A stretch of DNA of 47,041 nt from Dichotomicrobium sp. (GTDB taxonomy: Bacteria > Pseudomonadota > Alphaproteobacteria > Rhizobiales > Rhodomicrobiaceae), in NCBI GenBank assembly GCA_046543175.1, contig JBKGZY010000001.1, positions 1 through 47,041 of the forward strand, in the 5' to 3' direction. The notes under the pieces were generated by a model, which did no database searches, was not told where the DNA came from, and saw nothing but the letters and a program-made list of their open reading frames with translations. Positions 29,400-37,762 of the stretch are shown here, one piece after another. Both the position numbers and the translations under genes were made by a program. Numbering within the stretch: the stretch's first letter is position 1; each line of letters starts with the position of its first letter.

Positions 29400-29527
29400 C
29401 GTCATCCCGGGCGCGGCGCAGCGCGTCAGCGGTGCGACGTTGATCCGGGATCAGGGAAATGCCCCGTCCGAAGTCGATCCCGTGTCTGCGAAGCGGCACA
29501 GATGCGCCGCATCGCGCACGGGATGAC
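29400..29527. repeat. Inverted pair of CGTC-tagged REP-like palindromes
   Basis: CGTCATCCCGGGCGCGGCGCAGCGC...GATCCGGGATC (29400-29452) and an inverted copy GATCCCGTG...GCGCACGGGATGAC (29476-29527); the outer arms match at 20 of 24 positions. Confidence 0.65.
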
Positions 29528-29641
29528 AGCAACCTTGCTGGTGATGCGGTTTTCGGCTCGATCCGATGCCGCTTCGCAATCAAATTCGCAGGACGTGGCG
29601 GCGTTCCGCGTCCTGCCCTTGCCGGGGGGCGGGGACCATCA

Positions 29642-30166
29642 ATGCGCGCCGTCCTTGACAGACTTTACACGATCAGCGGCGCGCTTTCGGCGCTGCTGAT
29701 CCTCGCCATTTGCGGGGTGATCGGCCTGCAAATCCTTTTCAACATCATCACCCGGCTGCGGATCATCGAGACCAGCCTGACGATCCCGTCCTATGCGGAT
29801 ATCTCCGGCTATCTGCTGGCGGCGGCGTCCTTTCTGGCGCTGGCCTATGCACTGCAAAGAGGCGGGCATATCCGGGTCACGCTCGTCCTCACCATGGCCG
29901 GGCCCGGCTTTCGCTATGTTGCCGATGCGGTTTCGCTGGCAGTCTGTGGCGTGATCAGTGCGCTTGCGACCTATTATGTCGCCCTGATGACGTATCAAAG
30001 CTACGTCTTCAACGATCTGTCGCCGGGCATTCTGGCGATCCCGGTATGGATCGCGCAAGTTCCCGTCACCCTTGGCCTCGCCATCCTGACGGTCGCCTTC
30101 GCCGATCTGCTGATCCAGACCCTGCGCAATGGCGTGCCGCTGCCCGAAACGCGAACGCTGGAATAG
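29642..30166 (+). CDS. dctQ: TRAP transporter small permease DctQ
   Basis: 4 TM helices, FLALAYALQRGGHIRV. Confidence 0.88.
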   Translation: MRAVLDRLYTISGALSALLILAICGVIGLQILFNIITRLRIIETSLTIPSYADISGYLLAAASFLALAYALQRGGHIRVTLVLTMAGPGFRYVADAVSLAVCGVISALATYYVALMTYQSYVFNDLSPGILAIPVWIAQVPVTLGLAILTVAFADLLIQTLRNGVPLPETRTLE

Positions 30167-30174
30167 GTCACGCC

Positions 30175-31476
30175 ATGCCTGAGCCTGTTCTGGCGGCCGG
30201 GCTGGTCGTCCTGCTCTTCCTTCTTCTTGCAGCCGGCATCTGGGTCGCCTTCGCGCTCATCATCGTCGGCGCGCTCGCGATGGCGGCCTTTTCTTCCGCC
30301 CCCGTCGGCCCGGTCTTCGCCACCACCATCTGGAGCGCCAGCCATAGCTGGTCGCTCGCCGCGCTGCCGCTCTTCGTCCTGATGGGCGAAATCATGCTGC
30401 GCACCAATCTCTCGCGCGACCTGTTCTCCGGCCTCGCGCCATGGCTCGCGCGCTGGCCGGGACGGCTCCTGCATGTCAATATCATGAGCTGCGCCATATT
30501 CGCCGCCGTCAGCGGATCGTCAGCCGCAACCGCCGCAACCATCGGCAAGATGAGCATCCCGGCCCTGAGCGACCGCGGCTATCCCAAATCGCTGATCCTG
30601 GGGACGCTGGCCGGATCGGCCACACTCGGCCTCCTGATTCCGCCCTCCATCATCCTGATCGTCTATGGCGTGGCCACGGAACAATCCATTGCCCGGCTGT
30701 TCATCGCCGCCATCCTGCCGGGTCTGATGCTGGTCGCCATTTTCGCGCTCTACATCATGATCCGGGCCTGGCGCGAACCGGACCTGATTCCGCAGGAGCC
30801 GATGAATATGCGCTTCTTCGAGAAGTTGCGCGCCTCGGGTCGTCTACTGCCCGTGCTCGGCATCATAGTGGGCGTCATCGCCAGCATTTACACCGGCGTC
30901 GCCTCGCCGACCGACGCGGCCGCCGTGGGCGTTCTGCTCTCCCTGCTGCTGGCGCTAGCGACGGGCAGCCTGAGCCGCGCGACCTTTACCGAAAGCGTGA
31001 TGAGCGCGACCGTCACCTCCTGCATGATCGCGCTGATCCTGGCGGGCGCGGCCTTCCTGACGGTGGCGATGGGCTTTACCGGCATCCCGCGCGATCTGGC
31101 CGCCTGGATCGGCAGCCTCGGCCTGTCGCCTTATGCGCTGATCGCTGCGCTGACCGTGTTCTTCATCATTCTGGGCTGCTTCCTCGACGGAATTTCCATC
31201 ATTGTGCTGACGACCTCGATCATCATGCCCATGGTGCAGGCCGCAGGGATCGATCCGATCTGGTTCGGCATCTATCTCGTCATCGTCGTGGAGATGTCGC
31301 AGATCACACCGCCGGTCGGCTTCAATCTGTTCGTCATTCAGGGCCTTACGGGAGAGAATATTCTGCGCATTGCGGTGTCGGCCCTGCCGTTCTTCTTCCT
31401 GCTGCTGCTGGCGGTAGTCATCATCACCGCCGTGCCGGAGACAGCGACCTTCCTGCCGAGCTTGATGGACCGTTGA
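30175..31476 (+). CDS. dctM: TRAP transporter large permease DctM
   Basis: LAALPLFVLMG, FAAVSGSS, LGLLIPPSI, QITPPVGFNL; real start ATG 30175. Confidence 0.92.
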   Translation: MPEPVLAAGLVVLLFLLLAAGIWVAFALIIVGALAMAAFSSAPVGPVFATTIWSASHSWSLAALPLFVLMGEIMLRTNLSRDLFSGLAPWLARWPGRLLHVNIMSCAIFAAVSGSSAATAATIGKMSIPALSDRGYPKSLILGTLAGSATLGLLIPPSIILIVYGVATEQSIARLFIAAILPGLMLVAIFALYIMIRAWREPDLIPQEPMNMRFFEKLRASGRLLPVLGIIVGVIASIYTGVASPTDAAAVGVLLSLLLALATGSLSRATFTESVMSATVTSCMIALILAGAAFLTVAMGFTGIPRDLAAWIGSLGLSPYALIAALTVFFIILGCFLDGISIIVLTTSIIMPMVQAAGIDPIWFGIYLVIVVEMSQITPPVGFNLFVIQGLTGENILRIAVSALPFFFLLLLAVVIITAVPETATFLPSLMDR

Positions 31477-31525
31477 TACAACGGTTTCGGACTTGATCCT
31501 GGCAGGAACCTGAACAGCCTTGCCA

Positions 31526-31730
31526 GGCTTCGGCGGAGCGACGGCGCCATCGACACCCAGCCCCCTCGATGATGAGTCTCGCCATGATCGGCGCGCTCAA
31601 CAACGGCGTCAGCGCCGAGAAAATCCGCGCGACAATCATTCACATCGTTGCCATCTATTGCGGCGTGCCGCAGGCGCTGGAATACTTCCGCGCAGTGCAC
31701 GGGGTGCTGGAGGACGCTGGTAAATTCTGG
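31526..31730 (+). pseudogene. Carboxymuconolactone decarboxylase (CMD/AhpD-like) family remnant
   Basis: SMMSLAMIGALNNGVSAEKIR...IVAIYCGVPQALEYFR matches the CMD C-terminal half; N-terminus absent, segment between IGAL and NNG missing, no stop at the expected position. Confidence 0.65.
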
Positions 31731-31779
31731 CGCTCATCGTCTACTGGCGGCCCGGCCGCCCGAAACGTGGGAGGACGAC

Positions 31780-32415
31780 ATGACGGACAAGCCGACGCTG
31801 TATGGCTTCGACGGATCGACCTATGTCCGCACGGTCAGGATGGTGCTTGCCGACAAGGGGATCGAATACGACCAGGTGCCGGTGAACGTGCTCGCGGGCG
31901 AACCGCGCCAGCCGGAACATCTCGCCCGGCATCCTTTCGGCAAGGTGCCGGTCCTCGACATCGACGGCATACGCATCCGCGAGACCGAGGCGATCTGCCG
32001 CTATTTGGACGAGACGCGCCCCGAACCGCCGCTCCGGCCCGACAACGCGAAGGACCGCGCGCGCATGTCCGAGATCATCGGGCTGATCGACAGCTACGGC
32101 TACCCTGCCCTCCTCGGCGTGGCGGGCTATCACCTGTTTCCCGATTTCCTCGGCGGGCCCGACGACACCTTCCGCGCGAACTGTCTTCAGGAATCGGGCA
32201 AGCTGCTCGACCTGCTGATGGAGATCAAGGGCGATGATCCATGGCTGGCCGGGCAAAGGCCGAGCCTTGCGGACTATCTCCTCGCCCCCATCCTGTTTTA
32301 TATTTCCTTAACGCCGGATGCAGAGCGTGTCATGGGGCGGCCCGATGTTCAGAACTGGTGGCAGGCGATCAACAAGCTGGAGACCTTCAAGGCGACCGAG
32401 CCGAACCTCGGCTGA
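31780..32415 (+). CDS. Glutathione S-transferase family protein
   Basis: LYGFDGSTYVRTV, HPFGKVPVL, ETEAICRYLD, SLADYLL; GGGAGGA RBS. Confidence 0.92.
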   Translation: MTDKPTLYGFDGSTYVRTVRMVLADKGIEYDQVPVNVLAGEPRQPEHLARHPFGKVPVLDIDGIRIRETEAICRYLDETRPEPPLRPDNAKDRARMSEIIGLIDSYGYPALLGVAGYHLFPDFLGGPDDTFRANCLQESGKLLDLLMEIKGDDPWLAGQRPSLADYLLAPILFYISLTPDAERVMGRPDVQNWWQAINKLETFKATEPNLG

Positions 32416-32425
32416 CGGCCGCCCG

Positions 32426-34198
32426 ATGGCACCGCGACGGCCGGCCGCGCGGTTCCGAACGCCCGTGCGTCTCGCGCTGACGTTCGCTGTTGCGGTTCTC
32501 ACCACGCACCTAGCCGCCCCGGCTCTCGCGCAGGATCAGCGTGCCGAGCCGGAAGCCGCGTCCGGCCAAGCGGAGAAGGCGCTCGTTGGCGGCGACACGC
32601 AGATGGTCGTGGCGGCGCATCCGCTGGCTGCCGAAGCCGGGCGAGAGGTGCTGCGTGCGGGCGGCGGCGCCATGGATGCGGCCATCGCCGCGCAGATGGT
32701 GCTCAATCTCGTCGAGCCGCAGTCCTCGGGCATCGGCGGCGGCGCGTTCCTGCTCTACTGGGATGCCGACTCGGAGACGCTGACGGCTTACGATGGGCGC
32801 GAGGTCGCGCCGCGCGCGGCGACGCCGGAACGTTTTCTCGATGAAGACAGCGCGCGGCTGCCCTTCGGCGCGGCGAGCACGGGCGGGCTGGCCGTCGGCG
32901 TGCCGGGGCTGTTGCGCATGCTGGAGATGGCGCACCGCGCGCACGGCCGGCTGGACTGGGCCGGGCTGCTCGACCCGGCGATCGATGCCGCGGAGAGCGG
33001 CTTTGACGTGACGGCGCGGCTGAACGGCCTGCTGAAGCGCGGCGCGGAGCGGCTCGGCCCCCAGGCGCGGCGCTATTTCCTCGATGATGCGGGCGAACCG
33101 CATCCCCCCGGCCACCGCCTGCGCAACCCCACACTGGCCGAAACCTTCCGCCGGATCGCCGAAAGCGGGGCCGATGCCTTTTACACCGGCGCGCTGGCGC
33201 GGGATATCGTCAAGACGGTGCGCTCGGCTCACCGCAATCCCGGCGATATGACGCTTGCGGATCTGTCCGGCTACCGCGCCAAGGCGCGCAGGCCGGTCTG
33301 CGGGCCTTATCGGGCGTATCGCGTCTGCGGCATGGGGCCGCCCAGTTCCGGCGGGCTCACCACCCTGCAGGTACTGATGATGCTGGAGCGCTTCGATCTC
33401 GGCGAAAAACCGCTCAACGCGCGGGCGCTCCACCTGATCGCCGAGGCCGAAAAGCTCGCCTATGCCGACCGCGGGAATTACATGGCCGATTCCGATTTCG
33501 TTCATGTGCCGAAGGGGCTGATCGACCGCGACTATCTGCGCGCGCGCAGCCAACTAATTTCGCCGCACCAGACGATGGACCGGGCCGAGCCGGGCGACCC
33601 GCCGGGCCGCGAAGGCATTTATGGCGTGTCACACCAGCCGGAGCAGCCCGGCACCAGCCATATCTCGGCCATCGATGCCGAGGGCAATGTCGTCTCGATG
33701 ACCTCGTCCATCGAGCGCGCCTTCGGCTCGGGCCTGATGGTGCGCGGCTTCCTGCTCAACAACCAGCTCACCGATTTCTCGTTCCGCCCGGCCGACGGCG
33801 ATGGCCGCCCCGTCGCCAACCGTGTCGAAGCCGGCAAGCGCCCACGCAGCTCCATGGCACCGACGATCGCCTTCGACGACGGCGAACCCGTCATCATCAC
33901 CGGATCGCCCGGCGGAAGCCGCATCATCCCCTATGTCCTGAAGTCGCTGATCGGCGTCATCGACTGGGGCCTTGACGCGCAGGAAGCCGCCGCCCTGCCG
34001 AATTTCGCCAACCTAGGCGGCCCGCTGGAACTGGAGCGCGGGCAGGACTGGTCGGCACAGGCGGAGCGGCTGCGCGGCATGGGGCATAACCTGCGAAAAG
34101 CACCGATGACTTCCGGCCTGCACGTCATCGTGCGGCGCGACGAACACATGGAAGGCGGCGCCGATCCGCGCCGCGACGGGGTCGCGCTGGCCGACTGA
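32426..34198 (+). CDS. ggt: Gamma-glutamyltransferase (exported)
   Basis: Signal peptide ending ALA-Q, LVEPQSSGIGGG, DGRE, nucleophile Thr in GTSHIS, LNNQLTDF, KRPRSSM, GSPGGSRI, ADPRRDG. Start 32426 or GTG 32465. Confidence 0.93.
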   Translation: MAPRRPAARFRTPVRLALTFAVAVLTTHLAAPALAQDQRAEPEAASGQAEKALVGGDTQMVVAAHPLAAEAGREVLRAGGGAMDAAIAAQMVLNLVEPQSSGIGGGAFLLYWDADSETLTAYDGREVAPRAATPERFLDEDSARLPFGAASTGGLAVGVPGLLRMLEMAHRAHGRLDWAGLLDPAIDAAESGFDVTARLNGLLKRGAERLGPQARRYFLDDAGEPHPPGHRLRNPTLAETFRRIAESGADAFYTGALARDIVKTVRSAHRNPGDMTLADLSGYRAKARRPVCGPYRAYRVCGMGPPSSGGLTTLQVLMMLERFDLGEKPLNARALHLIAEAEKLAYADRGNYMADSDFVHVPKGLIDRDYLRARSQLISPHQTMDRAEPGDPPGREGIYGVSHQPEQPGTSHISAIDAEGNVVSMTSSIERAFGSGLMVRGFLLNNQLTDFSFRPADGDGRPVANRVEAGKRPRSSMAPTIAFDDGEPVIITGSPGGSRIIPYVLKSLIGVIDWGLDAQEAAALPNFANLGGPLELERGQDWSAQAERLRGMGHNLRKAPMTSGLHVIVRRDEHMEGGADPRRDGVALAD

Positions 34199-34287
34199 CC
34201 GAATGCGTAACCAATTCCCTACGTCCACGGCATCAAGGCATGACGCCGGTCGGCCGGCGAATGTAAGCTCTTCCGCGGAGGCCACGC

Positions 34288-35331
34288 ATGAGCGAACTGG
34301 CGGAAAAGGTCGCGTTCCTGAGCGAGCCCGAGGCTTACGGCCCGGATGTGCGGCATGTCGAGGTGCGCGAGACCCATATGTCGTGGGTGTTCCTGACCGA
34401 AGTGGAGGTCTACAAGCTCAAGAAGCCGGTTACCTACCCGTATCTCGATTTCGGCACGGTGGAGAAACGGCGGCGCAACTGCGAGGTGGAAGTGCGCCTG
34501 AACAGACGGCTGGCCGCCGATGTCTATCTCGGGATCGTCCCGCTACACCGCAAGGCGCGCGGCAAGCTGAGCCTGAACGGTGCGGGCGAGGTCATCGACT
34601 GGCTCGTACACATGAAGCGGCTGCCCGAGGCGGACATGCTGGACCGGCGCATCCTGGACGGCCGCTGTTCGCAAGCGGACATCGAGCCGCTCGGCGGCCT
34701 GCTGGCGAGCTTCTACGCCTCGCTTCCTCCGGAGACGGAATGCGGCCAGGCCTACCTGGACCATCTCCGCCGCGAACAGCCGATCAACCGGTCCGTGCTG
34801 GAAGTGCCGGAACTCGGTCTTGTCGAAAGCGCACAACCGCTGCTCGATGCGCTGGACCGGGCCATCGACCTTTTCCGGCCGAAGCTGGAAGCGCGCATCG
34901 CAAGCGGGTGTATGCGCGAGGGCCACGGCGATCTCCGCCCGGAACATGTCTGCCTCAACCACGACCCGAAGATCATCGACTGCCTCGAATTCAACCGGGA
35001 CATGCGCATCGTCGATCCGTTCGACGAGGTGAACTATCTCGGGATTGAATGCGAGATGCTCGGCGCTGCGTGGATCCGCCCTGCCCTTCTGGAGATCGTC
35101 GATCGTGGTATCGGCCACCGGCCCGAGCCTGATGTGATGGCGCTTTACGGCACGTTCCGCGCCCTTCTCCGCGCCCGGCTGTGTGCCGCGCACCTGCTGG
35201 AAGACGACGTCCGCAGGCGGGACGAATGGAAGCCGCAGGCCTTGGGGTATCTCGCGCTGGCCGAGCGCGAGGCCGTCAATCTTCCATCCCGAGAAGATAG
35301 GAAATCGCGCCCGTCCCACGCAGACACCTGA
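34288..35331 (+). CDS. Aminoglycoside phosphotransferase/kinase-fold protein (COG2187-like, no C-terminal AAA domain)
   Basis: ETHMSWVFL, VYKLKKPV, EVRLNRRLA, catalytic EGHGDLRPEHV, IIDCLEFN; GGAGG RBS. Confidence 0.85.
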   Translation: MSELAEKVAFLSEPEAYGPDVRHVEVRETHMSWVFLTEVEVYKLKKPVTYPYLDFGTVEKRRRNCEVEVRLNRRLAADVYLGIVPLHRKARGKLSLNGAGEVIDWLVHMKRLPEADMLDRRILDGRCSQADIEPLGGLLASFYASLPPETECGQAYLDHLRREQPINRSVLEVPELGLVESAQPLLDALDRAIDLFRPKLEARIASGCMREGHGDLRPEHVCLNHDPKIIDCLEFNRDMRIVDPFDEVNYLGIECEMLGAAWIRPALLEIVDRGIGHRPEPDVMALYGTFRALLRARLCAAHLLEDDVRRRDEWKPQALGYLALAEREAVNLPSREDRKSRPSHADT

Positions 35332-36250
35332 TCGCCTTGGCGATCAGCGGCGCGACCGAAACCACCCGCAGTTTGGGTGCGCTGGCCTGAACCTGAAGGG
35401 CGGAGTCGATGCTGTCGGTGACGACGATCCCGTCGATGGCCGTGCTGTCGAGGAATTCGGCGCTGCCCGCGCCAAACAGTCCGTGCGCCGCAAGTGCATG
35501 GACCCGTATCGCGCCGCGCTCGCGGCAGGCTTCGGCGGCACGCATCATGGTGCCGCCCGAGCCGATCATGTCGTCGACGATGAACACGGACGCATCGGCG
35601 ACATCGCCGGCGAAGAGCGTGCCGGACACGACGCCGCGGCTGCGCCGTTTCTCCATGAAGCCGAAGCCGGCGCTCGCCCCGGTCTCGGCCTCGTAGATGT
35701 CCTTGAGCAGTTGCGCACGCTTCACGCCGCCGCCATCCGGCGAGACGATGGCGACGGGCTGGCCGCGCGTCATTTCGGCGATTATCGAGGAAAACAGGCG
35801 GCGCGTGTCGAGATGAATGGTCTGGCAGCGAAAGGCATTCTGGAACGCCTGCAGATTGTGCACGTCGAGCACCACCACGCGATCCACGCCCACCGCCTCG
35901 AAAAGCTGCGCGACATAGCGGCTGGTGACGGGATCGCGGGCTTTCGTCTGCCGGTCCTTGCGCGCATAGGCGAGGTAAGGCGTTATCGCGGTGACGCGCG
36001 CCGCTCCGTTCTCCTTGCAGGCGGCGATGAAGAACAGGAGCTTGCAGAGCTTGTCATTGGCCGAGGCGTGCGACGTGCCGTTGAGGCTGTGAATGACGTA
36101 GACGTCCTCGTCGCGGACGCTGACAAGCGGTCGCGCCTTGTGTTCGCCGTCCTCGAAATCCCGTTCCTCGTGCGGCTCGATGGTATGCTCGAGCGCGCCG
36201 GCGACCGCACCGCCCAGGACCTGGGAACCTTCCAGTGCAAAGATACGCAT
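35276..36250 (-). CDS. prs: Ribose-phosphate pyrophosphokinase (accessory paralogue)
   Basis: FEDGE, PYLAYARKDR, LDVHN, VSPDGGGVKRA, IVDDMIGSGGT, AHGLF, VTDSI. Confidence 0.9.
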   Translation of the reverse strand: MRIFALEGSQVLGGAVAGALEHTIEPHEERDFEDGEHKARPLVSVRDEDVYVIHSLNGTSHASANDKLCKLLFFIAACKENGAARVTAITPYLAYARKDRQTKARDPVTSRYVAQLFEAVGVDRVVVLDVHNLQAFQNAFRCQTIHLDTRRLFSSIIAEMTRGQPVAIVSPDGGGVKRAQLLKDIYEAETGASAGFGFMEKRRSRGVVSGTLFAGDVADASVFIVDDMIGSGGTMMRAAEACRERGAIRVHALAAHGLFGAGSAEFLDSTAIDGIVVTDSIDSALQVQASAPKLRVVSVAPLIAKAIRCLRGTGAISYLLGMED

Positions 36251-36283
36251 GCGATGAGCTTACGCCACACAGGCCGCAGGTCT

Positions 36284-36297
36284 TTGATAACCATCAA
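36284..36297. promoter_or_regulatory. FNR/FixK binding site (anaerobox) 1
   Basis: TTGAT-AACC-ATCAA, a perfect TTGAT-N4-ATCAA match in a divergent intergenic region. Confidence 0.85.
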
Positions 36298-36330
36298 TCC
36301 GACGGCCTGTAACGGCCGGATCGTACGCAA

Positions 36331-36344
36331 TTGATGACGATCAA
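36331..36344. promoter_or_regulatory. FNR/FixK binding site (anaerobox) 2
   Basis: TTGAT-GACG-ATCAA, a perfect match, 47 bp from box 1. Confidence 0.85.
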
Positions 36345-36397
36345 CGACAAGCCTATCTCCGGGAATACACAATCTTTCAACAGCAGGGAGAAGGCGA

Positions 36398-37099
36398 ATG
36401 ATAACGAATACCGAAGCCCCTTCCCGATTACGCCGGCTGAGCGAGGAGAGCGTCGTCATTGAGCCGCCTGGCCTGCCCGGCGACCTGCGCATCCCCGCAC
36501 AGGCGCATGGGTTGGTGATATTCGCGCATGGCAGCGGATCGAGCCGCAAGAGCCCCCGCAACACCTACGTCGCCGAGGCGCTCGGCGAAACCGGCTTCGC
36601 GACACTTCTGTTCGACCTGCTCACGCGGGAAGAAGAAGCCGACAGGTCCAACGTGTTCGACATCGCACTCTTATCCGACCGGCTGGTCAGCGCGATCAAG
36701 TGGGCGAACGCCGACCCGCGCACCCGCGGTCTTCCCATTGGGTTGTTCGGAGCGAGCACGGGCGCGGCGGCGGCCCTCGTCGCCTCGGCGGCCGCGCAGA
36801 ACCACCACGTCGGTGCCATCGTCTCGCGCGGCGGGCGGCCGGATATGGCCGCCTGCGCCTTCGACTGGGTGAAGGCGCCGACGCTGCTGATCGTCGGCGG
36901 CGACGACACGCAGGTGCTCCGGCTTAACCGCGAGGCCTATGACCGGCTGCATTGCGAGAAGGAAATGATGATCGTGCCGGGCGCCACGCACCTGTTCGAG
37001 GAACCGGGCGCGCTGGACCGGGTCGTCGAGGGCGTCCGGGACTGGTTCGCCCGGCATCTCGCCGCGCCCGCTGGAGCGCAGCAGGGGCGGAGCCGATGA
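36398..37099 (+). CDS. Alpha/beta hydrolase (dienelactone hydrolase-like, PRTase-associated type)
   Basis: FAHGSGSSR, nucleophile elbow GASTG, SRGGRPD, GGDD, GATHLFEEPG. Confidence 0.9.
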   Translation: MITNTEAPSRLRRLSEESVVIEPPGLPGDLRIPAQAHGLVIFAHGSGSSRKSPRNTYVAEALGETGFATLLFDLLTREEEADRSNVFDIALLSDRLVSAIKWANADPRTRGLPIGLFGASTGAAAALVASAAAQNHHVGAIVSRGGRPDMAACAFDWVKAPTLLIVGGDDTQVLRLNREAYDRLHCEKEMMIVPGATHLFEEPGALDRVVEGVRDWFARHLAAPAGAQQGRSR

Positions 37100-37749
37100 C
37101 GTTTCGGGACCGGCGCGAGGCGGGTCGCAAGCTGGGCGATGCCTTGGGCGACTATCGGGGCAAGAACGTGATCGTGCTCGCATTGCCACGCGGGGGCGTG
37201 CCCGTCGGCGCGGAAGTCGCCTCGGCGCTGGACGCGCCGCTCGACGTCTTGCTGGTGCGCAAGATCGGCGTTCCCTGGCAGCCCGAATTGGCAATGGGGG
37301 CGGTCATCGACGGCGCGGAGCCGGTCATCGTGCGCAACGAGGACATCATCGAGCTTTCAGGCGTGTCGGAGGAAGATTTCGCGGCGGCCAGCCGCGCGCA
37401 GCTCAGGGAGATCGAGCACCGGCGCCAGCGTTTTACGGGCAATCGCGCCCGCGCCGACGTCGCGGACCGTACCGCAATCATCGTCGATGACGGCATCGCG
37501 ACCGGCGCGACCGTGCGCGCGGCCATCCGCGGGCTGAGACGCGACAAGCCGGAGAGGATTGTGCTGGCCGTCCCCGTCGCACCGCCGAGCACGGTCGAGG
37601 AACTGAGCGACGAGGTCGATGATGTCGTCTGCCTCGAGACGCCGGCGGCGTTCCGGGCGATCAGCCTGTATTATCGCGAATTCAACCAGGTGAGCGACGA
37701 TGAAGTCGCGCGCGTGCTGGCCGGTTCGGGTGTGGGACAAGCCGGCTGA
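37096..37749 (+). CDS. Phosphoribosyltransferase (COG1926-like)
   Basis: FRDRREAG, LALPRGGVPV, PRPP loop IVDDGIATGAT, LAVPVAP; ATGA coupling to the hydrolase. Confidence 0.92.
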   Translation: MTFRDRREAGRKLGDALGDYRGKNVIVLALPRGGVPVGAEVASALDAPLDVLLVRKIGVPWQPELAMGAVIDGAEPVIVRNEDIIELSGVSEEDFAAASRAQLREIEHRRQRFTGNRARADVADRTAIIVDDGIATGATVRAAIRGLRRDKPERIVLAVPVAPPSTVEELSDEVDDVVCLETPAAFRAISLYYREFNQVSDDEVARVLAGSGVGQAG

Positions 37750-37762
37750 GAATGGCGCGCCG

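Noticed and set aside
29440-29454. Possible FNR box TTGATCCGGGATCAG
   Set aside because: Wrong spacing and it lies inside the REP-like repeat.
29710-30174. N-terminal extension of DctM suggesting a DctQM fusion
   Set aside because: It overlaps dctQ in another frame; dctQ has its own stop at 30166.
34288-35331. Aminoglycoside resistance gene
   Set aside because: The ETHMS and DCLEFN motifs fit the uncharacterised COG2187 group, not known APH resistance enzymes, and there is no mobile context.
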